Notes: generated by a model from the letters alone, not told the origin. Shown: positions 49,998-62,339, counted from the first letter of the stretch. The stretch: DNA of 64,000 bases from Myxococcota bacterium (GCA_965223705.1 OZ245015.1:1344001-1408000), one strand, 5' to 3'. Program-made: numbers and translations.

Positions 49998-51107
49998 TTG
50001 AATTTCGAATTCTCTGAAGACCAAAAGTTCGTGCAGCACACGGCGCGCGATTATCTCGACGAGCACGCGAGCCTAGACGTGTGCCGCGCCGCACTCGAAT
50101 CACCGCGTCCCTTTGACGAAGAACTCTGGAAAGGCGTCGCCGAGATGGGTTGGCTCGGGGCAGCGGTTCCCGAGAACTACGGCGGGGCTGGCCTCGGTCG
50201 CCTCGAGCTCGCACTCATCGCCGAGGAAATCGGTCGAGCGCTCGCGCCGATCCCGTTCGCCGGGTCGGTGTATCTCGCGACGGAAGCGCTGCTACTCGCC
50301 GGGACCGACGCCCAGAAAGAGCGCTACCTGCCACGGCTCGTGTCCGGCGACCTCGTGGGTTCTTTTGCGGTGAGCGAAGGTGTCGGGGAACCGAACCTCG
50401 CATCCCCTTCCGTGAGCTTCGACGGCGCGTCACTCAATGGAACGAAACAACCCGTTCTCGACGGTGTGGCGTCGAACGTGGCCATCGTCGTGGCTCGAGA
50501 AGGCTCCGGCACGTCGCTGGCCATCGTCGAGCTCGACGCCGACGGGGTCACGCGAACGCCTCTCGACAGCTTCGACCCCAGCCGACCGCTCGCGCGCTTC
50601 GATTTCTCCGGAGCTCCGGCGGAACGGCTCGGCGAAGCGGGGCAGGGCGACGCGCTGGCGAGCGCGGTGATGGACCGCGCCGCGGTGCTCCTCGGCTTCG
50701 AGCAGGTCGGTGGCGCGCACCGCGCCCTCGAGATGACGAAAGAGTTCACCCTCGGGCGCTACGCCTTCGGTCGCCCCGTCGCTTCGTTCCAAGCGCTCAA
50801 GCACCGGATGGCGGAGTGGTACGGCGCCGTGGAGCTCGCCCGTTCGAACTCCTACTACGGGGCCTGGGCCCTGCATCACGAGAATGACGAACTCCCCATC
50901 GGCGCCTGCATCGCCCGCGTCGCCGCGTGCGAGGCGTTCGACCTCGCGGGCGAAGAAATGATCCAGATGCACGGCGGCGTGGGGTTCACCTGGGAATACG
51001 ACTGCCATTTGTTCTACAAGCGCAGCAAACTCCTCTCCCTCAGTCTGGGTAGCGCCACGTATTGGCGCGAGCTTTTGATGCAGCGCCTCGAAGGGCGCTC
51101 TCTGTAG
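49998..51107 (+). CDS. Acyl-CoA dehydrogenase (short, probably non-catalytic partner subunit)
   Basis: FEFSEDQ, AEMGW, EEIGRALAP.PF, RYAFGRPVASFQALKH, QMHGGVGFTWE; TTG start. Confidence 0.9.
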   Translation: MNFEFSEDQKFVQHTARDYLDEHASLDVCRAALESPRPFDEELWKGVAEMGWLGAAVPENYGGAGLGRLELALIAEEIGRALAPIPFAGSVYLATEALLLAGTDAQKERYLPRLVSGDLVGSFAVSEGVGEPNLASPSVSFDGASLNGTKQPVLDGVASNVAIVVAREGSGTSLAIVELDADGVTRTPLDSFDPSRPLARFDFSGAPAERLGEAGQGDALASAVMDRAAVLLGFEQVGGAHRALEMTKEFTLGRYAFGRPVASFQALKHRMAEWYGAVELARSNSYYGAWALHHENDELPIGACIARVAACEAFDLAGEEMIQMHGGVGFTWEYDCHLFYKRSKLLSLSLGSATYWRELLMQRLEGRSL

Positions 51108-51126
51108 CGAACCGCAGGAGCGAACC

Positions 51127-52374
51127 ATGGATTTCGACGACACACCGGAAGAAGCGGCGTTTCGCCAGAAGGCACACGATTGGCTGGCGAGCAACGCCAA
51201 GCCGCTCCCGCCGGACGCGACCGGCCCCGTCATGCTCGGCGAACGCGAAGACGCCGCCGCAATCGATGAATGCAAAAAATGGCAGGCGACGAAGGCCGAC
51301 GCGGGATGGGCGTGCCTCACCTGGCCGAAGGAATACGGCGGGCAAGGCCTGACTTCGATGCACAACGTGATCTTCAAGCAGGAAGAAGCGAAGTTCGAGG
51401 TGCCCGCCGATGTCTACACCATCGGCCTCGGCATGTTGGGTCCGACGCTGATGGCCCACGGGACCGACGAGCAGAAGAAGAAATACATCCCCCAGATGAT
51501 CCGCGGTCAGGAAATCTGGTGCCAGCTCTTCAGCGAACCGGCCGCTGGGTCCGATCTCGCGGGCCTGCGGACTACGGCGACTCGCGACGGGGATGACTGG
51601 ATCATCAACGGGCAAAAGATCTGGAGCACCGGTGCGCACTTCTGCGACTGGGGCATGATCGTGACGCGCAGCGATTCCGAAGCTGCGAAGCACGCCGGGC
51701 TCACCTATTTCATCGTCGACATGAACGCGCCCGGCGTCGAAGTGCGCCCCATCAAGCAGATCAACGGCTCGAGCGGGTTCAACGAGGTCTTCTTCACCGA
51801 CGTGCGCGTTCCGGACGAAAACCGGGTCGGCGCCGAAGGCGACGGCTGGCGCGTCGCGCTCACCACGCTGATGAACGAACGCGTCGCGATCGGCGCCGGG
51901 AGCTCTTCCGGCCGGTTGCGCGATCTCTTCACACTGGCGCGCGAGACCCAGCGCGGCGGTCGGCCCGCCATCGAGGACAGCGCGGTACGCCAGCGCCTCG
52001 CCGACTTCTACGTGAAATCGAAAGGTCTCGTGAACACCGGCTACCGGACGCTCTCCGCGGTCTCACGCGGCGCGACCCCGGGGCCCGAGGGCTCGATTGG
52101 CAAGGCGATCGGCGCGCCGATGGGCCAGGATATGGCGGCGTTTGCCCTCGAGCTCCAAGGCGCGATGGGGGCCGCGATGGATGCGGACATCGTCCCCCAG
52201 GACGCGTTCTGGCAGGAGACGTACCTGGGAATGCCGGGCATGCGGATCGCTGGAGGCACCGACGAGATCCTCAAGAACATCATCGCCGAGAGGGTGTTGG
52301 GTCTTCCCCCCGAAATTCGCGTCGACAAGGATAAACCGTTCCGCGAGATTCCGACTGGCCCTCCCAGCAAATAG
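51127..52374 (+). CDS. Acyl-CoA dehydrogenase (catalytic partner subunit)
   Basis: WPKEYGG, WCQLFSEPAAGSDLA, INGQKIW, FNEVFF, TLMNER, IAGGTDEI..NIIAERVLGLP. Confidence 0.93.
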   Translation: MDFDDTPEEAAFRQKAHDWLASNAKPLPPDATGPVMLGEREDAAAIDECKKWQATKADAGWACLTWPKEYGGQGLTSMHNVIFKQEEAKFEVPADVYTIGLGMLGPTLMAHGTDEQKKKYIPQMIRGQEIWCQLFSEPAAGSDLAGLRTTATRDGDDWIINGQKIWSTGAHFCDWGMIVTRSDSEAAKHAGLTYFIVDMNAPGVEVRPIKQINGSSGFNEVFFTDVRVPDENRVGAEGDGWRVALTTLMNERVAIGAGSSSGRLRDLFTLARETQRGGRPAIEDSAVRQRLADFYVKSKGLVNTGYRTLSAVSRGATPGPEGSIGKAIGAPMGQDMAAFALELQGAMGAAMDADIVPQDAFWQETYLGMPGMRIAGGTDEILKNIIAERVLGLPPEIRVDKDKPFREIPTGPPSK

Positions 52375-52422
52375 TCGCGCTGCCGATAAGCAGGAGCGTC
52401 GGAGGTCAATTCTGGGACCGTT

Positions 52423-53697
52423 ATGGACTTGCTGACGCTGATTGTCGTCGTGGTCGTGTGTCTCGCGTTCTCGGCTTTCTTTTCCGGGAGCGAGACAGCG
52501 CTGCTTCGGCTCGACAGCCACGAGGCCGAGGAGGAGGCGCGCGCCATGCGCGGGCCGGGAGCGATCGCGGTCCGCGATCTGTTGTCTTCGACTTCTCGCT
52601 TGCTCGTCACGATTCTGCTGGGCAACAACCTGGTCAATATCCTGGGCGCTGCCGCCGCGTCGGTCGTCGCGATCCGTTACCTCGGCGAGGGAACGGGCGT
52701 TCTCGTTTCGACCCTCACGATGACGGCCGTCGTCCTCATCTTTTGCGAGGTGCTTCCCAAGGCGGTGGCGGCGAGGCATCCCCGGTTGATCGCCTCGTGG
52801 GTCGGCCTGCCCATCTACGTCCTGCACCAACTGCTGCGACCCTTGCATTACTTGTTCGACCGTCTCGTCGAACCGGTGGTGCGGCGCGTGGGAGGCAGCA
52901 GCAGCGAAGCGGAGGATCCGCTCAGCACCGAGATGGTGCTGCGGGTCGCTCGCAGCACGCGCGCGGGTGCGCCCGACGGGACGCCGCTGGCCATCATGGG
53001 CAAGACAGCCGGCGCGGCGGAAATGACCGTCGACGAGATCATGGTGCCGCGGACGGAAATCTTCGCCTGCGACATCGCGGTCGAGCCCGCTGAGCTCCTC
53101 GAGCGCGTCCTGGAAGAACGCTACACGCGGGTTCCGATCTTCCAGGAGTCCATCGATCACGTGCTCGGCGTTGTGCACTTGAAAGACTTGATCGAGTTGG
53201 TGCGCAGCGGGACCGGTGAACTCAAGGACGTGATCAAGCCTGTCCTGCGCGTGCCCGCGCGGAAGAAGATCCTGCGTCTCCTGACCGAGATGCAGCGCGC
53301 CTTCGTTCACTTGGCCGTTGTGAAAGACGAATTCGGGGTGACCCAGGGCATCGTGACCCAGGAGGACATCCTGGAAGAGATCGTCGGAGAAATTCGCGAC
53401 GAGTTCGACCGCGAAGAGCTCCAGAGCATCCGCAAGATGCCCGACGGTTCCTACTTGGCGCTCGGTCGCGTCAAGGTCCTCGATTTCGATCGCGCCACGG
53501 GCTGGACGATTCCGTCCGAGCGGGGGGACTCCCTCGCGGGACTCGTCTTCAACACCTTGGGCCACGCGCCCTACAAGGGTGAAGTCGCGAATCTCGACGG
53601 TTTCTCACTCACGGTCGAAGACCTTTCGGGAAGCCGCATCACGCGGGTGCGTGTGCGCCAGCGCGTCGAAAACGCAGAAGGCACCGCGCTTGACTGA
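52423..53697 (+). CDS. CNNM/HlyC-CorC family membrane protein (DUF21 + CBS pair + CorC)
   Basis: SAFFSGSETAL, TILLGNNLVNI, EVLPK, IMVPR, YTRVP, DEFG..GIVT.EDILEEIVGEI.DEFD. Confidence 0.93.
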   Translation: MDLLTLIVVVVVCLAFSAFFSGSETALLRLDSHEAEEEARAMRGPGAIAVRDLLSSTSRLLVTILLGNNLVNILGAAAASVVAIRYLGEGTGVLVSTLTMTAVVLIFCEVLPKAVAARHPRLIASWVGLPIYVLHQLLRPLHYLFDRLVEPVVRRVGGSSSEAEDPLSTEMVLRVARSTRAGAPDGTPLAIMGKTAGAAEMTVDEIMVPRTEIFACDIAVEPAELLERVLEERYTRVPIFQESIDHVLGVVHLKDLIELVRSGTGELKDVIKPVLRVPARKKILRLLTEMQRAFVHLAVVKDEFGVTQGIVTQEDILEEIVGEIRDEFDREELQSIRKMPDGSYLALGRVKVLDFDRATGWTIPSERGDSLAGLVFNTLGHAPYKGEVANLDGFSLTVEDLSGSRITRVRVRQRVENAEGTALD

Positions 53698-54127
53698 CGC
53701 GGGGAGCCCCGCCTCGAGTGGCGCCCCTTTAGCGCGCCGTTTCGAGCGACAGCGCACCATCGAAGATCGAGACATCGATGCCCTCGGGCACGTCAACAAC
53801 GTCGTCTGGATCCGGTTCGTCGTGCAGCTCGCGTCGGCACACGCCGCGAGCGTCGGTTGGGACGAGTCGGCCCTGCGACGCGCGGGGGCATGGTGGGTCG
53901 TCCACCGCCAGGACGTGACGTACCACCGGCCGGCCTTCGCCGGCGAGAGAATTCTCGAGCGCACCGAGATCGCGGAGATGCGCGGCGCTCGCTGCGTTCG
54001 CGAATCCTCTTTCTCCCGCGGAGAGGAGCTGCTGCTCGCCGCGCGTACGACGTGGGTGTGGACCGACGCGACGACCGGGCGGCCGCGCCGTGTGCCGGCC
54101 GCAGTCGTCGCAGCCTTCGGCTGTTAG
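53690..54127 (+). CDS. Acyl-CoA thioesterase (4HBT/hotdog fold)
   Basis: DIDALGHVNNVVW, Y.RPAF.GE, TGRPRRVP; TTG start overlaps the upstream gene. Confidence 0.88.
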   Translation: MTDAGSPASSGAPLARRFERQRTIEDRDIDALGHVNNVVWIRFVVQLASAHAASVGWDESALRRAGAWWVVHRQDVTYHRPAFAGERILERTEIAEMRGARCVRESSFSRGEELLLAARTTWVWTDATTGRPRRVPAAVVAAFGC

Positions 54128-54687
54128 TGGCCGTCGCTCGCCGGCGGGGCGATTCGAAGCTTGCCGTCCACCGCGAACGTGATGCTCTCCTCGAAAGAAA
54201 GCTCCGGGGATTGGAACGCGACTTCCAGCGCGTAGACCCCCGTCTCGGCATCGGTCGGCAACTCGATGAACGCGTCGATGACCCAGCGCCCCGGTTTGAG
54301 CTCGTACCCGGTGATCCGATCGATGACGAACGCTTCGCCTTTATGCCGAATTCGGGTCTCGAGATTGCCGCGCACCACCTCGGTGGGCTCCGTCGGGCAG
54401 AGCGCGTAGATCAGGCGATGGTTGAGCTCTTCTCCGGGCCGCAGGCGTTCCGGAAGGAGTTCGCTGCCTTCGATTTCCAGGTGGGGGAGCACCTTGTCGG
54501 CACAGTCGTATTCCGCGGCGACAGCTTCCGGAAGCTCCCGCAGCTGCTCTCCCGGTGCGCGGAGCGACTTGCGCGCTTCGGCGACGACACCCGCGCAGCC
54601 CGAGGCCAACGCCAGCATGGCGCAGGCCCACACGGCGGTGAGCCAACCCGTTTCCCCGTGGCGCTTCCTTAGCGGCGAACACTCCAT
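54124..54687 (-). CDS. Hypothetical lipoprotein, beta-rich mature domain
   Basis: Lipobox-like ASGC after a hydrophobic stretch; 'LP.DA.TGVYALEV' Ig-like C-terminus. Start uncertain. Confidence 0.65.
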   Translation of the reverse strand: MECSPLRKRHGETGWLTAVWACAMLALASGCAGVVAEARKSLRAPGEQLRELPEAVAAEYDCADKVLPHLEIEGSELLPERLRPGEELNHRLIYALCPTEPTEVVRGNLETRIRHKGEAFVIDRITGYELKPGRWVIDAFIELPTDAETGVYALEVAFQSPELSFEESITFAVDGKLRIAPPASDGH

Positions 54688-56018
54688 CCCCCAGCCTTAT
54701 CGGCCTCGGAGGAGGGTGCCTTACGAACTGCCGCGGGCTTGCGCGGCCGCTGCCGTTCGGCTGCCACCGGAGGTTGGGTTGGTGCGGGTTCGGGTTGTTC
54801 GGCGATCGTGGCGGCGGAAAACGGCACCACCGTGACCTCCGAAGCGTCCTGGATCCAGGTGTATGCAGCGTCGCGAGATCCATTCGTGCTCGGCGGTGGA
54901 AGTGCCGCGCGCTCGTCGGAGACGGTCGCGATTCGATTCGTCGCGACCGCGAGGGTGAGCAAAGCGAAGAGTGATGCGCCCGCGATCCAGGTGCTTTTGC
55001 GCACGTCCGAGAAGCGATGTTTCTCAGCCGCGATGCGTTCCCAAGCTTCACCCAGTCGCCGCTTCAGCCCGTCCGGAATGACTTGCGTGGCCTCGGCTTG
55101 GGCCGGTTCAGCGCCGGGGACTGCGGTCGGCGCTTCAGTGTCGACCGGAGCGAGCCCGCGCGGCGCGGCCATCCGCCGGGTCTCGTTCCAGTTCCGTTCC
55201 CTTCCCGCGAGGGCGTACGCTTCGCGCAGCGCCGCGGCGAAATCCTGCGTGCTCTCGAAGCGGTCGTCGGGGTTCTTGGCGAGCGCGCGCAGCACGACTT
55301 CTTCGATGGCGACCGGAAGCTCGGGCGTAAACTCGCGCAACCGCGGCGGCGGGTCGTCGACCTGCGAACGCATCGTTTCAAAGTCGCCCTGTGCGCGGAA
55401 CGGAACTCGGCCGCACAACATGTGGTAGAGGAGGATTCCGGTCGAGTAGATGTCCGACCGCGTGGTCGCGTCGCCACCCCGAATCTGTTCCGGGGCCATG
55501 TACTCGGGCGTGCCTACGAGGTTTCCGACGCGCGTCATGTGCGCTGAACCGACGACGCGCGCGATCCCGAAATCCATGATCTTGATGCGGAAGCCCGCAT
55601 CGACCATCAGGTTCGAACCCTTCACATCGCGATGGATGACACCGAGGTCGTGGGCGTAGCCGAGTCCGTCGAGTGCCTGGGAAAAGAGCGCGAGGGCGCT
55701 TTCCGGTTGCATCTTGCCGGCCGTCCGGATGACCGACGAGAGCGTTCGGCCTTTGACGTACTCCATCACCATGAAGAGGCCGTCCTCTTCGATGAAGGCG
55801 TAGAGCATGGCGATGTTCGGATGGGTGAGCCGGGCCAAGGTCTTCGCTTCCGCCCGGAACCGCTTCAGCAACTGCTCACGGGCCGACAACTCCGGTCGAA
55901 GCGCCTTGATCGCGACCGTTCGCCCGAGGGCCAGGTCCGTCGCTCGAAACACTTCTCCGACACCGCCGGTACCGATCTTCTTTTCGATCCGATAGTTGCC
56001 GATCGTGCGGCCGATCAT
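54669..56018 (-). CDS. Membrane-anchored Hanks-type Ser/Thr protein kinase
   Basis: GTGGVG, VAIK, HRDVKGSN, DFG, GTPEYMAPE, one TM helix, Pro-rich tail; ATG 56018 with AGGTGG upstream. Confidence 0.92.
   Translation of the reverse strand: MIGRTIGNYRIEKKIGTGGVGEVFRATDLALGRTVAIKALRPELSAREQLLKRFRAEAKTLARLTHPNIAMLYAFIEEDGLFMVMEYVKGRTLSSVIRTAGKMQPESALALFSQALDGLGYAHDLGVIHRDVKGSNLMVDAGFRIKIMDFGIARVVGSAHMTRVGNLVGTPEYMAPEQIRGGDATTRSDIYSTGILLYHMLCGRVPFRAQGDFETMRSQVDDPPPRLREFTPELPVAIEEVVLRALAKNPDDRFESTQDFAAALREAYALAGRERNWNETRRMAAPRGLAPVDTEAPTAVPGAEPAQAEATQVIPDGLKRRLGEAWERIAAEKHRFSDVRKSTWIAGASLFALLTLAVATNRIATVSDERAALPPPSTNGSRDAAYTWIQDASEVTVVPFSAATIAEQPEPAPTQPPVAAERQRPRKPAAVRKAPSSEADKAGGWSVRR
54697..54723 (-). 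promoter_or_regulatory. sigma28-like promoter inside the kinase 3' end, facing the lipoprotein gene
   Basis: TAAG-N15-GCCGATAA. Confidence 0.45.
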
Positions 56019-56075
56019 CGTCCACCTGCACCCCGCCTTCCGGCAGTGACCGGAGCGGGACGTCCTCACTTCCCT

Positions 56076-56103
56076 GTATCGGCCTACCCGGGGGGGGTCT
56101 TGA
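56076..56103 (-). promoter_or_regulatory. sigma28-like promoter of the Ser/Thr kinase
   Basis: TCAAG-N15-GCCGATAC; the spacer contains a C8 run. Confidence 0.6.
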
Positions 56104-56119
56104 CTCGGTCAGCGTCGAC

Positions 56120-57283
56120 TCAGTCGGTGGAGTCGAGCGCGAGCGGGCGATCTCGTCGATGGGCGGTGTGCTCTTCGTACCACGCCAGGACGTGTTCGGA
56201 TTCCGCCCGCTCGGCTTCGAGGAACTGCCGGACCCCTCGGGCCAGTCGCTCGTCGGAGAGCCAGTGCAAGCTCCTCGTTCGAACGGGATCGAACCCGCGG
56301 AGTTGCTTGTAGTGCCCGCCGGCACCGGGCTCGAACCGCTCGAGGCCCCGGGCGATGCACGCTTCGATGGCCGCGTAGTAACACACGGCGAAATGGAGGT
56401 GCTTGACTTCCTCGAAGCAACCCCAGTAGCGGCCGTAGAGCGCATCGCCTTTCACGATGTTGACCGTGCCTGCGATGATCTCGCCGCCGCGTCGCGCGAC
56501 GATGAAGCAAACCCGAGAGCGGAACCGATCGCGCAACAGCTCGAAGAACGCCTCGTTCAAGTAGTGGCGACCCCAAGGGTTCTTCTCGATCGTGGCTCGG
56601 TAGATCCGGTACATCACCGGGAACAACGCGTCGGGAATCTCGTCGCCGACCAGGCACTCGATTTCGACGCCGGCTTCGGCGACCCCACGAAGTTCGCGCC
56701 GCACCTGATTGCGCCGCTTGCTGCGAAGGCTCGCGAGGTAGTCCTCGAAATCTTCGTACCCGTCATTCTTCCAGTGGTATTGGAACGCTAAGCGGGGCTG
56801 GAACTCGTCGCCGGCGAGGGCGTCGAATTCGTCCGTCCGGCAGAAGTTGATGTGGATGCTCGAAAGATCGTTTTGTCGGGCGAGCGCCAACAACCCCCCG
56901 CCGAGTTGACGGATCCACTCGTCGCGATTCTCTCCGGGGGCGACGAGGAAACGAGCCCCGGTCACCGGCGTGAACGGAACGCCGACCAGCAACTTGGGGT
57001 AGTAGGTGATTCCCGCCCGTTCGGCTGCGTCCGCCCAGCCCCAGTCGAATACGAACTCCCCCTCGCTGTGTCCTTTGAGGTAGAGCGGGCAGGCCGCCAC
57101 AAGCCGGCCTTCTTCCCGAGCGATGAGGGGTTGCGGACCCCACCCGGCGCGCGGCGAGGCCGCTTCGCTGTCCTCCAAGGCGGCGAGCCACGACCATTCG
57201 AGAAAAGGGGATTCTCCGCCGACCAGGGCGTCCCATTCCGCTTGCGGCACACTCCGCACCCCGGCGACGACTTCGAGCTCCAC
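56120..57283 (-). CDS. FemAB-like GNAT protein (DUF482 / PF04339-type)
   Basis: PLYLK.HS.GE.VFD.GWA.A, YYPKLL.GVPFTPVTG.R, QYHW.N.GY..F, LYGRYWG, LHF..CYY, FEPGA.G..K..RGF.P. Confidence 0.9.
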   Translation of the reverse strand: MELEVVAGVRSVPQAEWDALVGGESPFLEWSWLAALEDSEAASPRAGWGPQPLIAREEGRLVAACPLYLKGHSEGEFVFDWGWADAAERAGITYYPKLLVGVPFTPVTGARFLVAPGENRDEWIRQLGGGLLALARQNDLSSIHINFCRTDEFDALAGDEFQPRLAFQYHWKNDGYEDFEDYLASLRSKRRNQVRRELRGVAEAGVEIECLVGDEIPDALFPVMYRIYRATIEKNPWGRHYLNEAFFELLRDRFRSRVCFIVARRGGEIIAGTVNIVKGDALYGRYWGCFEEVKHLHFAVCYYAAIEACIARGLERFEPGAGGHYKQLRGFDPVRTRSLHWLSDERLARGVRQFLEAERAESEHVLAWYEEHTAHRRDRPLALDSTD

Positions 57284-57326
57284 CCGGCCGAGTGTAGCGG
57301 CCGCAGTCAGTAGCTATCCTCCGGTC

Positions 57327-57652
57327 GTGTCGTCGAAAACGCCCAAGCGAGCTGATCCGCGCCGCGAGGGAGACGTCGCCACCAAGACGCGGGAGCGGGT
57401 GGCGAAGCCGCCCCGGTACAAGGTGGTGTTATTCAACGACGATTACACGCCGATGGAGTTCGTGGTCTGGCTTCTCGAGACCGAGTTCGAGAAGAGCCCG
57501 GCCGAGGCCACTCAGCTGATGCTGACGATCCATCGCAGCGGACACGGCGTCGCCGGGGCCTACGTCCTCGAGGTGGCGGAAACGAAAGTCGCCAAGGTGC
57601 ACAAATTGGCGGAGGAACGCGGCTACCCGCTGCGAGCAGGCGTAAAAGACGA

Positions 57653-57656
<4 letters not shown>
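57327..57656 (+). CDS. clpS: ATP-dependent Clp protease adaptor ClpS
   Basis: PPRYKVVLFNDDYTPMEFVV, MLTIH..G, EVAETKV, YPL. Confidence 0.96.
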
Positions 57657-59917
<2,261 letters not shown>

Positions 59918-59918
59918 G

Positions 59919-61397
59919 TCAAGCCGCCCTCGCCGAAGCCATCCAGCGACCGTGATAGAACGTGAGCGTCAGCCAGATCGCTCGCGACAAGTGGTCGAGG
60001 AAGAGCGCGGTCCAGATCCACACGAGCGGCAAACCCCGCGCCGCGAACACGGATGCCAGCAACACGCGAAGCCCCCACGTGCCGACCAGGGAGGACACGA
60101 GCGGTGTCCACGTGTCACCCGCGCCCCGGTGAGCGCCTGCCAACGTAAAGTGCAGCTGGAGCGTAGGCTGACAAAGGCACATCGCGAGCATGAAGGGCAC
60201 CAGAGTCGCGATCGTCGCCGGATCCTGGCTGAACAGCTCGGCCAGCGGCGTGCGCAGCCAAGCGCCCACGATGCCCATGATGACGGCGGTACCCACGGCG
60301 AGACGCGCCGCACGCCAACCGGCGCGCCGGGCAGCCGCGAAATCCTCTCTGCCCAAGGCTTGTCCCACCAGGGTCGCGACGGCCTGCGCGTAACCGACGC
60401 CCGGAATCCAAGAAAAAGACAGCAGCCGGATTCCCACGGTGTAGGCGGCGATCGCGACCGTCCCGTACCCCGACAAGACGGAAAAGAAGAACAAGAGGGC
60501 CAGGTTCATGCCGACCCGTTCGATGATGCTCGGGTAAGCGATGCGCGCCAATCGGCGGAACTCATCCCCCATTGTCCGGAAATCGCCGAGCTGCAGGGCT
60601 AGCGGGCCGTCGCGTCTCGCCCGGCGGACGACCCAAGCGAACAGAGCGATAGCGATCACTTGAGAGACCAGCGTGGCGACGCCGGCACCGACGAGTTCGA
60701 GGCGCGGAAAGCCTCCCAACCCGAAGATGAGAAGCGCGTTCAATCCGATCTTCGCCGCGGTGACGAAGACCGCGATCCGCATGGGAGTGCGCGTGTCACG
60801 GTCGGCGCGCAGGCCACTCTCGACCGTCAACGCGATCGAGAGCAGGAGCGAAGAGACCATGATGAGTCGCAAATACGGGGCACAGAGCTGCGCCACGTTG
60901 TCGGAAGCGCCGAGCCACCCGAGGATCGTCGTGGGGAAGAAGCCGATCGCACCCGCAAACACCAGCGACGCCGCGAAAGCGAGAACCAACGAAGCTGCCA
61001 GGGCCTGACGGGCGCGCTCGGGTTCACGCGCGCCGATCGCGTGCGCCATGCGCGCGACGCACCCGAAGCCGATCGCGAAAAACACCGATTGCGTCAGAAA
61101 GTGAAATTGTGTCGCGTAGCCGACCGCCGCCTGTTCATCGGTTCCGAGTCGGCCGACCATGGCGATATCGACCAAGCTCACGGCGCTGATCAAGAGCTGC
61201 GAGAGCATGACCGGCCAGGCGATGGACCAGATCTCGCGCGTGGTCCCGGTGCGCCGACGTCCCGAGGATACGGTGTCCTCTGTGGGAACCGCCCCGGCCG
61301 CCAGCGAACCCGAAGGCGTCGCGGGCGAAACCTCGGGATCTCGGGTGCTTTCGGCGTGTTCGTCGACTCGGGGAGGCGTATCGTCGTTCTGCGAGAC
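59919..61397 (-). CDS. MATE family efflux transporter (start codon atypical or uncertain)
   Basis: REIWSIAWPVMLSQLL, D.AMVGRLG, DTRTPM, GAGVAT, VGQALG, GAGDT. The first ATG (61208) lies inside TM1; 61397 is a GTC 6 nt after AGGAG. Confidence 0.85.
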   Translation of the reverse strand, partial: VSQNDDTPPRVDEHAESTRDPEVSPATPSGSLAAGAVPTEDTVSSGRRRTGTTREIWSIAWPVMLSQLLISAVSLVDIAMVGRLGTDEQAAVGYATQFHFLTQSVFFAIGFGCVARMAHAIGAREPERARQALAASLVLAFAASLVFAGAIGFFPTTILGWLGASDNVAQLCAPYLRLIMVSSLLLSIALTVESGLRADRDTRTPMRIAVFVTAAKIGLNALLIFGLGGFPRLELVGAGVATLVSQVIAIALFAWVVRRARRDGPLALQLGDFRTMGDEFRRLARIAYPSIIERVGMNLALLFFFSVLSGYGTVAIAAYTVGIRLLSFSWIPGVGYAQAVATLVGQALGREDFAAARRAGWRAARLAVGTAVIMGIVGAWLRTPLAELFSQDPATIATLVPFMLAMCLCQPTLQLHFTLAGAHRGAGDTWTPLVSSLVGTWGLRVLLASVFAARGLPLVWIWTALFLDHLSRAIWLTLTFYHGRWMASARAA

Positions 61398-61406
61398 GGG
61401 AGTCTC

Positions 61407-62339
61407 CTAGCCCGATGACCGGAGTGCCGCGGGAAGCTGGAATACGACGCCCTCGTCGACTCGGGGCCGGGGTTCGATCTCCACGTCGTCGGCGAGTTCG
61501 CCGAGGCGAGCGACAACTTCTTGCACGAGCACCTCGGGAGCCGAGGCGCCGGCCGTGACTCCTGTGCACGAGACGCCGTGTAGCCAACTCGGATCGATGT
61601 CCTTCGCACTCTGCACGAGGTGGGCGGCCACGCCGGCCTTGCGGGCGATTTCGACCAACCGGTTGCTGTTCGAAGATTCCGGCGCGCCCACGACGAGAAC
61701 GAGATCCGCCTCGCGGATCAGATCTTTTACGGCGTTTTGTCGGTTTTGCGTCGCGTAACAGATGTCGTCTTTGCGCGGAAGCTTGACCTTCGGAAAGCGG
61801 CTGCGGAGAGCCGCGAGGACTTCACGCGTATCGTCCACGGAAAGCGTCGTCTGGGTCAGCACCGCCAACCGCGAAGGTTCACGCACCTTCAGGCCAGCGA
61901 CGTCTTCGACGGTCTCCACCAGCTGGATGCGCTCCGGAGCATGGCCCATGGTGCCTTCGACTTCGACGTGACCGGCATGCCCGATCAGCACAATTTCGAA
62001 ATCATCATTAGCGAAACGCTGGGCTTCGACGTGGACTTTCGTGACCAGTGGGCACGTCGCATCGATGCAGCGGAGCTCCTGACGATCGGCGAGCTCTCGA
62101 ATTTCGGGGGACACGCCGTGGGCGCTGAAAATGAGCAGAGATCCTTTGGGTACTTCGCGGGGGTCTTCTACAAAGATCGCGCCTTTGCGACGCAGATCAT
62201 CCACGACGTGTCGGTTGTGGACGATTTCGTGACGGACGTACACCGGGGGGCCGAAGCGGGAGAGCGCCAGCTCGACGATTTCGATCGCTCGATCGACCCC
62301 GGCACAAAACCCGCGCGGGCTGGCCAGGAGAATTCGCAC
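61407..62339 (-). CDS. ispH: 4-hydroxy-3-methylbut-2-enyl diphosphate reductase
   Basis: [62 protein letters not shown]. Confidence 0.97.
   Translation of the reverse strand: MRILLASPRGFCAGVDRAIEIVELALSRFGPPVYVRHEIVHNRHVVDDLRRKGAIFVEDPREVPKGSLLIFSAHGVSPEIRELADRQELRCIDATCPLVTKVHVEAQRFANDDFEIVLIGHAGHVEVEGTMGHAPERIQLVETVEDVAGLKVREPSRLAVLTQTTLSVDDTREVLAALRSRFPKVKLPRKDDICYATQNRQNAVKDLIREADLVLVVGAPESSNSNRLVEIARKAGVAAHLVQSAKDIDPSWLHGVSCTGVTAGASAPEVLVQEVVARLGELADDVEIEPRPRVDEGVVFQLPAALRSSG

Noticed and set aside
52382..52389. GCCGATAA upstream of the CNNM/CorC gene as a sixth sigma28-like promoter
   Set aside because: The -10 is perfect but there is no matching -35 element at 14-16 nt spacing.
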